The notes under the pieces are model-generated. The model was not told the origin of the DNA, ran no database searches, and worked only from the letters and a program-made list of their open reading frames with translations. A stretch of DNA of 64,000 nucleotides, from IMG/VR virus record IMGVR_UViG_3300015202_000003, positions 117,413-181,412 of that record; one strand, 5' to 3'. This stretch comes from a virus. Position 1 is the stretch's first letter. Every line of letters begins with the position of its first letter. Both the position numbers and the translations under genes were made by a program. Below, one piece after another: positions 1-9,823 of the stretch.

Positions 1-2
1 AA

Positions 3-1169
3 AAAGCAAAAGCAGATAGGGAAAAACTATATGCCCTTTACTTGGAAATTCAGAAGAAAAAAGGAGTTAAAGTTTCAACTGTCCCTGCTTCTTACGATAA
101 AATGTCTCTTCCTGTTCTTTCACGAACTTTGAGGGCTATGTTACATTCTTTAGAGAAAAGGAAAGAAAGTCAGGAAAAATTTTTTATACAATCTAAAGAG
201 AAAAAAGAGGTTGAATCTGATAGTAATAAAGAGGTGGTTAAAGACCCCGAAGAAAAAGGTGGAGAAAGCGGTGGTGGGGTTAAAAAAGAGGTTGTTAATT
301 TGGGTTTTTTAACTCCTGATAAAGAGGGTGTAGTTTTAATGCCTTTAAGTAATAAGAAACTTTTTTCTAAAAACCAGAAACCTTTTTTTGAAGAGGAGGT
401 TAGGCAGGATGAAGATTCTTACCTTGAACATTCTAAAAAATTGGCGTCAAAAATCGTTTCTTCTTTAAAAGAAGACTTTGACGTAAAAAGTTTTGCGTTA
501 GATTTAAAGGATTTAATAGGTTCACAAACACCTGATAGTCCTGAAGAGGTTGACCTTGAAACAACTTCTTTTCTTAAAAAACAAACTTCTTCTGTTGAAA
601 ATGCAGGTTTGGCTTTAATTCAAGCGTGGTATAGAAGTTCAAACGGTTCTGCTTTAAGTCAAATGATGCAACAATCAGCCAAGAATGTTTTTGGTGCGGA
701 TACAGATTCTTTTAAGCATGATACGGAGGAATTTAAATCTGGTAAGTCTGTTAAATATTTAAAAAGCAAGAAGGTTTTAGATTTCATGGCGAAGCATCAA
801 AAAGCAGTAGACAAGATAGCGAAAGCAATGTATGAAGAAACCCAAAAACAATTGAAAGAGAAAGGAATTAAAGAGGTAACTGTTTTAAGAGGTGCGGAAG
901 ACTACGGGAAACAACTTAGTTCTTGTATTAATGGGGGGAAAAGTATAGATTTAAACCCTTTAAGTTCTTGGACTTGTGATAAATTTATAGCAAAGGAGTT
1001 TTGTGATGATGTAGATTTCGGGAGAGGTATTATAATGAAAACCACGGTTCCGGCATCAAGAATATTTTCAACAGGTATGTCTGGAGTGGGAACATTAGGA
1101 GAAAGTGAAGTTGTTTTAATTGGCGGGAAAAATGTCGGCAAGGTGGGAAAGTATAATTTTGAGTTGTAG
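3..1169 (+). CDS. 5'-truncated leader-family protein with C-terminal R-S-E clade ADP-ribosyltransferase-like domain
   Basis: The frame is open from the window edge (KAKADREKLYALYLEIQ...VPASYDKMSLP), matching the shared domain of 2484, 8729, 10463 and 12112. The C-terminus has VTVLRG / LSSWT / GESEVVL, the R-S-E motif spacing of ART folds. Confidence 0.65.
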   Translation, partial: KAKADREKLYALYLEIQKKKGVKVSTVPASYDKMSLPVLSRTLRAMLHSLEKRKESQEKFFIQSKEKKEVESDSNKEVVKDPEEKGGESGGGVKKEVVNLGFLTPDKEGVVLMPLSNKKLFSKNQKPFFEEEVRQDEDSYLEHSKKLASKIVSSLKEDFDVKSFALDLKDLIGSQTPDSPEEVDLETTSFLKKQTSSVENAGLALIQAWYRSSNGSALSQMMQQSAKNVFGADTDSFKHDTEEFKSGKSVKYLKSKKVLDFMAKHQKAVDKIAKAMYEETQKQLKEKGIKEVTVLRGAEDYGKQLSSCINGGKSIDLNPLSSWTCDKFIAKEFCDDVDFGRGIIMKTTVPASRIFSTGMSGVGTLGESEVVLIGGKNVGKVGKYNFEL

Positions 1170-1184
1170 GTTTAATATAAAAAA

Positions 1185-1457
1185 ATGGAAAATTTTAATC
1201 CTGATAAAAAAGAAGCTGACTGGATAAAAAGTAAAGATTCAGCTATAAAATTAACCTTGCCTCAGAAAGAAACTTTAAATTACAAGAAATTATCAATTTT
1301 AATTAACACTTTTTCTGGGGAAGAAAGAGATTATGTTGATTCTTACATTAATTGTTTAAAAAAATCTGAGGATACATCTTCAATTAAAACGTCTTTGTCT
1401 CAAAACGACAGACATAAAGTTGAAAAGGCATTTAACCCTTATTTAATTTCATGTTAG
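1185..1457 (+). CDS. hypothetical protein (90 aa)
   Basis: ATG after an A-rich leader; overlaps the next start; no recognisable motif. Confidence 0.65.
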   Translation: MENFNPDKKEADWIKSKDSAIKLTLPQKETLNYKKLSILINTFSGEERDYVDSYINCLKKSEDTSSIKTSLSQNDRHKVEKAFNPYLISC

Positions 1458-2443
1458 TTTTCAATTTTAAATCTGTCCCTGTATTAGAGGGAATTAGAAA
1501 TTCGGATTTGTTTTTATTAAATGAAGGGAAGAATGTTTTTGATTGTCGTCATATTGAACAGCCGGATGCGAAAAACTCTCGTTTTTTTAAAGGAGAATCT
1601 GTTTACGATTATATATCTCCTACAGAAGGTTTTTATTGGGATTATTATAAGGGGGACTTGATACTGTCTTCTACTTCCAATTTTTTTTATTCTTCTGAAG
1701 TGGCAGGAATTGTCCAAAAAGAAGACAGAGCTAAAATTTCTAAGTTGTGGAATAATTTGGGTGGTAAGGTTGTTTTTCAACAAAAAACTATTGTTTTTAA
1801 CAAAGATAATTACGGAAATGGTAAATTAAGACAAAAGCAAGTTTATGACATAAAAGAGTTAAAAAAGGCTTTAAAAGATTTGTTTGTTTTTGGACTTACA
1901 AAAGATTTTAAAATTAAGGGTTTGGATAGTTTTCAGGTTGGGAAAACTGTGAAAGATGCTTTATCTTTAAAAGACCCTACTGATGAAATTTTAAAATTAA
2001 ATCAAAACTTAATTTTTTATCACGGGACTTCTTTTTTACGATGGGAAGATATAAAACATGAAGGTTTAAAACCAAATCAAACAGGAGATTGTTATGCTGA
2101 TTTAATTCCTAATTATTCAGATCTCAACATTTATTTGTCTTTTTCTCCTAAAGCATCTGAGTTTTACGCCAAGAGACAGGCTAAGAAAGATGAAACCGAT
2201 GGTGTTGTTTTAAGAATAGAAGGAGTAGATACAGCTAAAATTTTAGCTGATGATGGTTCGTTATATCCTCCAGAATATTTAAATAAAACCTTTCAAGAAA
2301 TTGAAAAAATAGCTTCCTCTTCAAGAAAAATGGTTTGGTCTGGAAGAAAAAAGGGGGAGTTTGCTTATAGAGGAATAATTTTACCTTCCCACATTTCTTT
2401 GTTCAAAACAATTAAAGTTTCTTTTTCTTCTGTAATTGGGTAG
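1451..2443 (+). CDS. leader-family protein with C-terminal H-Y clade ADP-ribosyltransferase / Tpt1-like domain
   Basis: N-terminal leader VFNFKSVPVLEGIR; C-terminal FYHGTS...IKHEGLKP...IYLS...A..YA...GVVLRI...FAYRGIILPSHI. Confidence 0.65.
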   Translation: MLVFNFKSVPVLEGIRNSDLFLLNEGKNVFDCRHIEQPDAKNSRFFKGESVYDYISPTEGFYWDYYKGDLILSSTSNFFYSSEVAGIVQKEDRAKISKLWNNLGGKVVFQQKTIVFNKDNYGNGKLRQKQVYDIKELKKALKDLFVFGLTKDFKIKGLDSFQVGKTVKDALSLKDPTDEILKLNQNLIFYHGTSFLRWEDIKHEGLKPNQTGDCYADLIPNYSDLNIYLSFSPKASEFYAKRQAKKDETDGVVLRIEGVDTAKILADDGSLYPPEYLNKTFQEIEKIASSSRKMVWSGRKKGEFAYRGIILPSHISLFKTIKVSFSSVIG

Positions 2444-2483
2444 TTATAGTTTTTATTTAATTTTGAATAAAGGTTAAATAGAA

Positions 2484-2876
2484 ATGCAAGTATTTAATTC
2501 AAAAAACATTCCTCTTATAGAGGGCATAAGAAAACCTAAAAATTTAAATTTAGAAGAATTAAATGAATTTTTAGGTTTTGGCCCAAAAGAACCTAAGGAT
2601 TTTAAAAGTGCCAAGGGAGAGTGGATTACGCAGAAACAAGAAAAAACAGAGAGGGAAAAAATCTACGCTTTATATTTACATATAAAAAACAAAAGATTAA
2701 AACAAGTAAATAAAGATTCTGAGTTAAACTGTCAAATTCCCGATTCTTTTACGAATAAGTCTTTGCCTGAAATTTATAAAATAATTCAATCTATTCTTGT
2801 AGACATTAACAGTCACAGATCGGCTACCCAAACTCTTTTAAATTCAAAAGGTAAAGTTTCTTTTTCTACGGCTTAA
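2484..2876 (+). CDS. leader-family protein (leader plus shared domain only)
   Basis: MQVFNSKNIPLIEGIR leader followed by KGEW..ERE.IYALY...PDSF..KSLPEI. Confidence 0.75.
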   Translation: MQVFNSKNIPLIEGIRKPKNLNLEELNEFLGFGPKEPKDFKSAKGEWITQKQEKTEREKIYALYLHIKNKRLKQVNKDSELNCQIPDSFTNKSLPEIYKIIQSILVDINSHRSATQTLLNSKGKVSFSTA

Positions 2877-2883
2877 AATAAAA

Positions 2884-3870
2884 ATGACAACGGAAATAAC
2901 CCCAGAACAAATTAAAGGAAGTCCAATGGTAATTTGTGTTCCAATTGGTAAGCCTAACCCGATAGGTTATAGGGCTAATATTTTGATAGATGGTTTAAAT
3001 ATAGCTACAAAATCGGAACACAAATTAATTTTAAATTTTAACAAGTCTATTTTTGGAGATTGTTCTTCTTACACAGACCCCAGAGAATTAATATGTAAAC
3101 AGGGAGGTGTGGCAATTCAAGTTTTCGGCCCATTGGCTAATGTTACGATTCCTTCTCCGACTTCTTTTTATTTTAATTTGTTTCAAGAATGGTTTAAATG
3201 GAACAAATCTAATTTAGAAGCTACAGAAGTCACAGTTTTTATTTTAAACAAGAAAATTTATTTTAGTGTTCCCGTTTCCGAGCCAGACTGGTTTGAATAT
3301 TACAAAGAAAATAGACACTTGCAAGAATCTAATAAAAACAATAACAAAAATATTACAGTATTTAATTCTAAATCAAAACCAAATTTAAAAGGTTTACGAG
3401 AATCAAATTTAATTTGGGAGAACGGAGATTTCAACAAGTTAATTAAAACAGTGGAAGATAAGAGAGTTAAGGTTCCAACGAAAGAATCTTCAAAAAATTT
3501 AATTTCTTACACAGAAGGGTTTAATTTTTCTTATGATTTAAAATTAAAAAAACTTAATTTAGACTCTTCTCCAAAACCTTCTCCTTCTGCCGAAGATGCT
3601 TTAATTAGTGGACAAGTTAGTTTGAAAAATGAAACTTTAAAAATAAGCGAATTTATTCATAGACAACTCGCTCCTTTAAAATCAAATCAAAAAACAGGTA
3701 TAGGAACTTCTATGACAAATCAGAAGTTAATCTACGAACCTTCTGATTTAGAAACTTTTAAAAGTTTATTAAAAGCATTAGAAGAATACGGTTTAAAACC
3801 AAATTTCTCTGTAAGTGGTTTATCTCATAGTTACCCGAAAACTGTAGAACATATTTTAGAATTGGATTAG
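2884..3870 (+). CDS. hypothetical two-domain protein with an internal copy of the family leader
   Basis: Internal ITVFNSKSKPNLKGLRES; the C-terminal half resembles the N-terminal half of 1451. Confidence 0.75.
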   Translation: MTTEITPEQIKGSPMVICVPIGKPNPIGYRANILIDGLNIATKSEHKLILNFNKSIFGDCSSYTDPRELICKQGGVAIQVFGPLANVTIPSPTSFYFNLFQEWFKWNKSNLEATEVTVFILNKKIYFSVPVSEPDWFEYYKENRHLQESNKNNNKNITVFNSKSKPNLKGLRESNLIWENGDFNKLIKTVEDKRVKVPTKESSKNLISYTEGFNFSYDLKLKKLNLDSSPKPSPSAEDALISGQVSLKNETLKISEFIHRQLAPLKSNQKTGIGTSMTNQKLIYEPSDLETFKSLLKALEEYGLKPNFSVSGLSHSYPKTVEHILELD

Positions 3871-3897
3871 GGGGAATAAAAAACTAAGTTAATTTAT

Positions 3898-3937
3898 AAG
3901 AAAACTTTTAATTTTAGAATTAAAAGTTTTCTTTTTT
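3898..3937 (+). terminator. intrinsic terminator-like hairpin
   Basis: 16-bp inverted repeat AAGAAAACTTTTAATT/AATTAAAAGTTTTCTT with a 4-nt loop and T-tract, downstream of the 2884 gene. Confidence 0.6.
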
Positions 3938-3995
3938 ATGTTTTTTAGTTAAAATTTAATTGTTATAGAGTGTTGGAAAATAAGTAAAATTTAAT

Positions 3996-4011
3996 AAGAG
4001 TCTTCGCTCTT
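3996..4011 (+). promoter_or_regulatory. TCTTCG-loop hairpin motif, copy 1
   Basis: AAGAG-TCTTCG-CTCTT, intergenic upstream of the terminase. Confidence 0.55.
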
Positions 4012-4050
4012 TTTATTTTTATAGTGGGGGAGAGTAGAAGCTAAAATAAG

Positions 4051-4066
4051 AAGAATCTTCGTTCTT
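4051..4066 (+). promoter_or_regulatory. TCTTCG-loop hairpin motif, copy 2
   Basis: AAGAA-TCTTCG-TTCTT, 16 nt before the terminase ATG. Confidence 0.6.
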
Positions 4067-4082
4067 TATATTTTTAATTCAA

Positions 4083-7000
4083 ATGCCTAAAAAAATTATT
4101 ACACCGGAAGACTCTGATTTCTTTGCAGAATCCGAAAAACAAAAAAGTGTTTTCGATGATTTTACGTTACAAGAAAGAAATTTATTTCAATCTCTTTTAA
4201 GTTCTGCTTTGAAGATAAAGGGGGTAGATAGTGAAGCTAAACAAATAAGGGAAATTGTTCCTATTGAAAAATGGTTGGAGTCAGAGTATTATCTTGGCCC
4301 TGACGGATGTAGAATTTATGATTTTTGGAAACAGTTTATAGTGGACATTTTTAACAGTCCCACTTACATCAATGAAATAATTATTGACGGGTCAATCGGC
4401 TGCTTAAAAGAAAACACCCGCGTCCCTACTTCCATCGGAAATTTAACTTTAAAAGATTTAGATTTAAAATGGAAACAAGGGGAAAGATTCCAAGTTTTGT
4501 CAGAAGAAGGTTTTAAAGATGTTTTAGCTGTTTACGACAATGGGGAGAGCGAAACTGTTAGGATAAAAACTAAGCAGGGCAGAGAAGTTGAGGGAACTCC
4601 TAATCATAAATTTAGAGTTGTTGAATTAAACGAAGAAACGCAAAGACCAGAAATTAAATGGAAACGTTTTGATGAATTAAAAGAAGGTGACATTTTCACA
4701 ATGACCCGAAAAGAAACTCCTTTTGGTTCTAATTCAATAGGAAAAGATTACGCTTATTTGTTAGGTGCAATGTCGGGAGATGGTGGTATTTGTTTATCTT
4801 CGAGAAAAAATAAAGAAGACAAGGAAAGGGTTATCCCTTGGATTTTAGTTGATCCTAAAGAAAGTAATTCTGATTATATTAGAGAAACCTTTAAGAAGGA
4901 GTTTGTTAGCTCTTATTCTACTATCAGTCGTCTTACGGAGAAGCATCAATGGCAAGAGTATATTAGAGGCCCGATTAACAGGGGGAAGTGCGAATATCTT
5001 TTATCTGAAGGATTTGGAACTTGTTCAGGTGATAAAAGAGTTCCCAATTTTATTTTCTCTTTAAATAAAATTGAAGTTGGAAGTTACCTTCGTGGATTGT
5101 TTGATACGGACGGGACAATTGGAAAAGACAATTTAAAAGAAGATGGGAGGGGTAATTATTCAATAGAATTGACATTGAAAAATAAAGAGATGATTTATGA
5201 TGTTTCTTTTCTTCTTTCAATGTTCGGTATTAATTATAAAATAACTGATAAGAAATTTAATCAAAGAAGTTCTGTAACAGGGGAGCTATTTTATGCTACT
5301 CGTCTAATTATAGTTGGGAAAGACTCTTACCGTTTATTTCATAAACATATAGGTTTTAATCTTTCTTATAAAAAAGACAGGTTAGAAGGATACGTTTCTT
5401 TACCAGTTCATAGAAACGAACGTATTAATGTTCCTTACGGCGTGGAGGAGTTAAAAATTGTTTTAGATTATAAGTCAATTAATAACCGTTCAAAAGTAAA
5501 GTCTTTGTTCGGATGGTTGTGGCAGCCTAATGTAACGTATGAAACCCTGAAAAAATTAAATGAACTATTTCCGGAGCAAATTTCTAATTCTTCTTATTTA
5601 ACTTGGATTTTAAAACACGATTGTTTTTTTGATGCCGTTGTTTCTGTTGAAAAAAGTTTTTGTTATTGTAGAGATTTAACAGTTAGAGAGTCACATACTT
5701 ACTCTTTTCAAAATTTTCAGGGAAAAAATACAGGTAAGTCCAGTGTTTCGGATTTTATTGTTTTAAGAAAATTGTATGAGCTAAGTTGCTACACAAATAT
5801 CCAAGCTAAATTTAATTTGATGAGGTCAAAACTCATTATGTTTTTTTATTTTTCTGTAACTAAATCACAGGCAGAAATTACGGGTTATGGAAGTTTAAAA
5901 AATTTAGTTGACAGCATTGAATATTTTGAAAAAGAGTTTCCTCGAAATAAAAGATTTGATAAATGGTTGCTTTGGCCTCAAGAGAACATTGCTATTATGT
6001 ATGGTTCAAATTCAGATCACTGCATAGGCCTCAGTCTTCTTTTGTCCGTCATGGACGAAGCAAACTTCATGGGCAGAGAAGGCGATTTTGAACGGTCTTC
6101 TAACGGTCAACTGTCTAAAGCATCTAATTTATATGAAAAAACACGTCAACGCGCCCAGTCTCGTTTCTCTCCCAATGGTTTTGACCAGTCTTTTTCTCTT
6201 TTAGTTTCTTCTTCTACTCACGAAAGCTCTTTTACGGAAGAAAGAAAAAGAAAAAGTTTGGGTAAGAGCAACATTCTTTCGGTTACGGCTCGTTTGTGGG
6301 ATGTTAAGCCTAAAGATTATCCTAAACCTAAATTTTGGGTGTGTGTTGGTAATCATTTAATAGACCCTTTTATTTGCGATACAATTTCTGACCTGAATCA
6401 ATTTCTACAATCTTGTCAAGTTTCTTCTTTACCTTTAGAAGCAGATTTAAATTGGCAGGTGGAAAATAATCCAGATGTAGCGCCTTACAGGTCTTTATTT
6501 CAACACATACCGGGAGATTTTAGAGATAGGTTTGAATCTAATATTGTTTCTTCTCTCCAAAATATAGCTGGTGTTTCAGTTGCTCCGATTGGAAAATTGT
6601 TTACGGCGCGTCCTATTTTAGTAAAGGCTTATCAACATGGTGAAAGTTTAAATTTGGAACATCCTTTTACTAAAAGTGAAATTGTAATTTCGACTCACGA
6701 TGATGTTAGGTTAGAACATTTTTGGAGACAGGATTTCGAGTTTAAAAATATATCGGCACCTCGTTACATACATATAGATCAAAGCTTTGGGTCTTCTGAC
6801 AATAACGGCGACTGCGGCGGAATTTCGCAGGTTTACATTGACAGGTTTGAAGAGAAAAACGGTCTTTTAAAACCTGTTTTTTGTGTGGATTATATGCTTC
6901 AAATTAACCCTCCAAGACTGCCTCAAAAACTTTCTATTTCAAAAGTAAGAGATTTTGTTTTTTGGTTACAAGACAACAAAAATATAAATTTTGGATTCAT

Positions 7001-8681
7001 TTCTTATGACGGCGCGGGTTCTGCGGAATCTCTTCAAACTATTTCAGAGAGGGGAATACCTTGTAAGTTGTTATCTGTTGATAGAAGCGATGATGCGTAT
7101 ACTTCTCTTGTGAACATAATTTTCGAGGAAAGGCTTTACTCTTATTTTTACGAGCCTTTTGAAAATAACTTTTTAAATTTAATACACGACAGAGCCAACA
7201 GAAAAGTAGATCATCCAAAAAGTTGTTTTGTTGCCGACACAAAAATAAAATTGTTAGACGGCACATATCCAACAATTAAAGAGTTGTCTGATAGAACATT
7301 AGAAGACCCCAACTATGAATTTTGGGTTTATTCTTCTCTGCCAGATGGAACACCCGTTCCCGGAAAAGCACGTCGCGCTCGATTAACTTCATTAAACCGA
7401 GAAATAGTTGAAGTCAAATTGGACAACGGCGAAACAATCAGATGCACTCCTGACCACAGGTTTCTTCTACGAAACGGAGAGTATAGAGAAGCTGAGTTTT
7501 TAACAACGGGAGATTCTTTAATGCCTTTGTATTGGGCTTTTAAGAGTCGTTTGAAAAAAAGAGAGTGTGAAAAAGAAGACGGATATGAAAGAATAAAAAA
7601 TAATAAAACAGGTCAGTGGTGTTTAACTCATTCTTGGGTCAGTCGGTTTTTTGATTTTGGCGTGGTGTGGAAAAGTGGTAACGTTATACATCACGTTGAT
7701 TATAACAAGAAGAACAATATTCCCGAAAATTTACAGCTATTAACTAACAGCGAACACATGAAAATTCATGCTCTTTCTGAAGCTATAGCTAAAATGAAAA
7801 TTTCTCTTAAAAAGTATTTTGAGGAAAACCCAAGCTCTGCTAAAGAAAGAAGGAAGGGCTATGTTCCTCAACATCTGATTGATTTTTTGAAAACGGAAGA
7901 AGGGATAAATCAGTCCGGAAAAAAAATCGAAAAAGTGAACGAAGTTTATTGGAAATCTGAAGAAGGTGTTTTAAAAAGAAATCAGATTCGTAAAGAGCTT
8001 ACTGAAAAGGGCTATACAGAAGTCCTTGAGAAAAACAATTTAAAATTTGAACATACTCAAAAAGAAAAATCAAAGCCCTGTTTGGACTATGTTCTTTGTT
8101 CTGGTCATGCGAAGTATTTACTTGGGGGCAGAAAAAGTTCGTGGGTTAGAAGGTTTGAACAGTGGGACATAAACCTTCAAGAAAACTATAAACGAGTGAA
8201 AGAATTATCCGAAAATTCAATAGAGGAAGCTGTTGAGAAAACGGGTTTGAAAGATGTAAGGCATTTAAAAATCTATCTCAACAAATGTAAAAACACACAC
8301 AATCACAAAGTAATTTCTGTTAAATTTTTAGGGGAGAAAGAAGATGTTTACGACATAGAAGTTCCTGAATATCACAACTTCGCATTAGCATCGGGGATTT
8401 TCGTTCACAATAGTAAAAAAGATGTGAGTGATTCTCTGGCGGGGGCTATTTATTCTGCTATTAAAAACTCTTCTAATTCCAACATTCAAAGATACGATCC
8501 TAATTTATTAATTTTATCTAACAATAATTCAGAAGAAGATGAAGACAGTAGTTATAAAGATTTCGGTTTCAATTTAAATTCAAGTAATCCACAGATTCAA
8601 GTATTAAATAAAAGTTCGGATGCGTTTGATTTATTTGAGGATAAAGGAGAAGAGGGTTCCGGGGTTTCAATTTTCTTTTAA
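4083..8681 (+). CDS. terL: terminase large subunit containing two inteins
   Basis: After removing the inteins: Walker A IIIDGSIG|TGKS, Walker B SVMDEANF, RNase H-like nuclease YIHIDQS...ISYDG...KVDHPKS|SKKDVSDSLAG. Confidence 0.93.
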   Translation: MPKKIITPEDSDFFAESEKQKSVFDDFTLQERNLFQSLLSSALKIKGVDSEAKQIREIVPIEKWLESEYYLGPDGCRIYDFWKQFIVDIFNSPTYINEIIIDGSIGCLKENTRVPTSIGNLTLKDLDLKWKQGERFQVLSEEGFKDVLAVYDNGESETVRIKTKQGREVEGTPNHKFRVVELNEETQRPEIKWKRFDELKEGDIFTMTRKETPFGSNSIGKDYAYLLGAMSGDGGICLSSRKNKEDKERVIPWILVDPKESNSDYIRETFKKEFVSSYSTISRLTEKHQWQEYIRGPINRGKCEYLLSEGFGTCSGDKRVPNFIFSLNKIEVGSYLRGLFDTDGTIGKDNLKEDGRGNYSIELTLKNKEMIYDVSFLLSMFGINYKITDKKFNQRSSVTGELFYATRLIIVGKDSYRLFHKHIGFNLSYKKDRLEGYVSLPVHRNERINVPYGVEELKIVLDYKSINNRSKVKSLFGWLWQPNVTYETLKKLNELFPEQISNSSYLTWILKHDCFFDAVVSVEKSFCYCRDLTVRESHTYSFQNFQGKNTGKSSVSDFIVLRKLYELSCYTNIQAKFNLMRSKLIMFFYFSVTKSQAEITGYGSLKNLVDSIEYFEKEFPRNKRFDKWLLWPQENIAIMYGSNSDHCIGLSLLLSVMDEANFMGREGDFERSSNGQLSKASNLYEKTRQRAQSRFSPNGFDQSFSLLVSSSTHESSFTEERKRKSLGKSNILSVTARLWDVKPKDYPKPKFWVCVGNHLIDPFICDTISDLNQFLQSCQVSSLPLEADLNWQVENNPDVAPYRSLFQHIPGDFRDRFESNIVSSLQNIAGVSVAPIGKLFTARPILVKAYQHGESLNLEHPFTKSEIVISTHDDVRLEHFWRQDFEFKNISAPRYIHIDQSFGSSDNNGDCGGISQVYIDRFEEKNGLLKPVFCVDYMLQINPPRLPQKLSISKVRDFVFWLQDNKNINFGFISYDGAGSAESLQTISERGIPCKLLSVDRSDDAYTSLVNIIFEERLYSYFYEPFENNFLNLIHDRANRKVDHPKSCFVADTKIKLLDGTYPTIKELSDRTLEDPNYEFWVYSSLPDGTPVPGKARRARLTSLNREIVEVKLDNGETIRCTPDHRFLLRNGEYREAEFLTTGDSLMPLYWAFKSRLKKRECEKEDGYERIKNNKTGQWCLTHSWVSRFFDFGVVWKSGNVIHHVDYNKKNNIPENLQLLTNSEHMKIHALSEAIAKMKISLKKYFEENPSSAKERRKGYVPQHLIDFLKTEEGINQSGKKIEKVNEVYWKSEEGVLKRNQIRKELTEKGYTEVLEKNNLKFEHTQKEKSKPCLDYVLCSGHAKYLLGGRKSSWVRRFEQWDINLQENYKRVKELSENSIEEAVEKTGLKDVRHLKIYLNKCKNTHNHKVISVKFLGEKEDVYDIEVPEYHNFALASGIFVHNSKKDVSDSLAGAIYSAIKNSSNSNIQRYDPNLLILSNNNSEEDEDSSYKDFGFNLNSSNPQIQVLNKSSDAFDLFEDKGEEGSGVSIFF
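4401..5729 (+). mobile_element. intein 1 (LAGLIDADG homing endonuclease) in the terminase Walker A
   Basis: Starts CLKENTRV; block B TPNHKF; LAGLIDADG-like YLLGAMSGDG and YLRGLFDTDG; ends ...DLTV...HTYSFQNFQGKN|T. Confidence 0.9.
7224..8411 (+). mobile_element. intein 2 (HNH endonuclease) in the terminase nuclease domain
   Basis: Starts CFVADTKI; block B TPDHRF; HNH motif VIHHVDYNKKNNIPENL; ends VYDIEV..HNFAL..GIFVHN|S. Confidence 0.92.
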
Positions 8682-8728
8682 CTTTTATTTTTTATTTACA
8701 CCTCTTTTTCTTTTCTTAATTTTCTTTT

Positions 8729-9775
8729 ATGTCTCGTTTTATTTTTTCTTCTTCTAACACTCCTGAAGATATAGGGGGTATTAGAGTTTTTTTAAAGGAG
8801 CAGTCGGGAGAAAAATGTAAAAATACAAGGGGAGAGTGGGTAGATAGAAAAGATGCTGATAGGGAAAGAAAAGTTCTTTACGATATTTGGAGAAAATTAA
8901 ATCCTAACAAGTCTATACCTCCTTCTTTAAATTTAGTCTCTCTTCCTGAATTAAAAGAGATGTTATCTGAAGAAATTAAAAAAAGAAAAGAAGATAAGTT
9001 ACCAAAAAGCAATCAAAAGATTTCAACGGAAAAAGACAAGCAAATCGAAAAAGAATCTGAAAAAGAGATTGATTTAGATTTAGAGAAGAGTGAGAAGAAA
9101 AAACCTAAAGAAAAAAAAGAAACTGAAATAGAATCTAAGGAACAAAATAAAAAACATATTGATAGTGGTGAGAAAAAAGAAAGTTCAGAAGATGAGTCGG
9201 AAGAAGACATAACAGATAAACCTAAAAAACCGAATGAAGTTATTAATCCTAATTTAACGGAGGATTCTTTTCCTTTAGATTTAAGTAAGAATCCTGAAAA
9301 GAAAAAAGAGGTTGAAAAAACAACTCATAATTATTTCGATGATTCGGGTTCTTCTTCTAAGATGTTAGATTTTACGAAATCTTTAAATTTAGGTCCTATA
9401 GTTTCAACGGTAGCAACCTCAGCCGCAGAAGTTGGGTTGGGGGTTTATTTTATTGCTTTATTGGCGGCTTGTCCTTTTGGTGGGGTGGGAATTTCTTTAA
9501 TTTTGGGCATGACTTTAGGTTTGTATGGTTTATTTGAAGAAGCCGGAACAAAGCCGATTAGAGTTTCTTTAAAAGATGATAAGAGAATTACATCAAATTT
9601 AAAAGAGTTGTCTAAAATTAAAATTGTAAATCAAATTCCCAACGATAAAAATTTAAAAAGTTTAATTGCGGTTGCGGTCAAAGTTAAAATGGATTACGAT
9701 TTAAAATGGAGTCTGAGAGAGTGGGGCGATAATTTTATTAAATTTTTTCATCCTGATAAGGATAGAGTAAAATAG
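8729..9775 (+). CDS. leader-family protein with charged linker and C-terminal hydrophobic hairpin
   Basis: FIFSSSNTPEDIGGIR leader; RGEWVD...DRERK.LYDIW...PPSL...SLPEL; hydrophobic VGLGVYFIALLAACPFGGVGISLILGMTLGLYGLF. Confidence 0.75.
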   Translation: MSRFIFSSSNTPEDIGGIRVFLKEQSGEKCKNTRGEWVDRKDADRERKVLYDIWRKLNPNKSIPPSLNLVSLPELKEMLSEEIKKRKEDKLPKSNQKISTEKDKQIEKESEKEIDLDLEKSEKKKPKEKKETEIESKEQNKKHIDSGEKKESSEDESEEDITDKPKKPNEVINPNLTEDSFPLDLSKNPEKKKEVEKTTHNYFDDSGSSSKMLDFTKSLNLGPIVSTVATSAAEVGLGVYFIALLAACPFGGVGISLILGMTLGLYGLFEEAGTKPIRVSLKDDKRITSNLKELSKIKIVNQIPNDKNLKSLIAVAVKVKMDYDLKWSLREWGDNFIKFFHPDKDRVK

Positions 9776-9810
9776 TAGATTTAAAATAGTAGATTTAAAA
9801 CAGTAAAGAT
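9769..9810 (+). repeat. short 14-bp tandem repeat
   Basis: TAAAATAGTAGATT twice plus a degenerate third copy, spanning the 8729 stop. Confidence 0.5.
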
Positions 9811-9823
9811 AAAGTAATTACGA

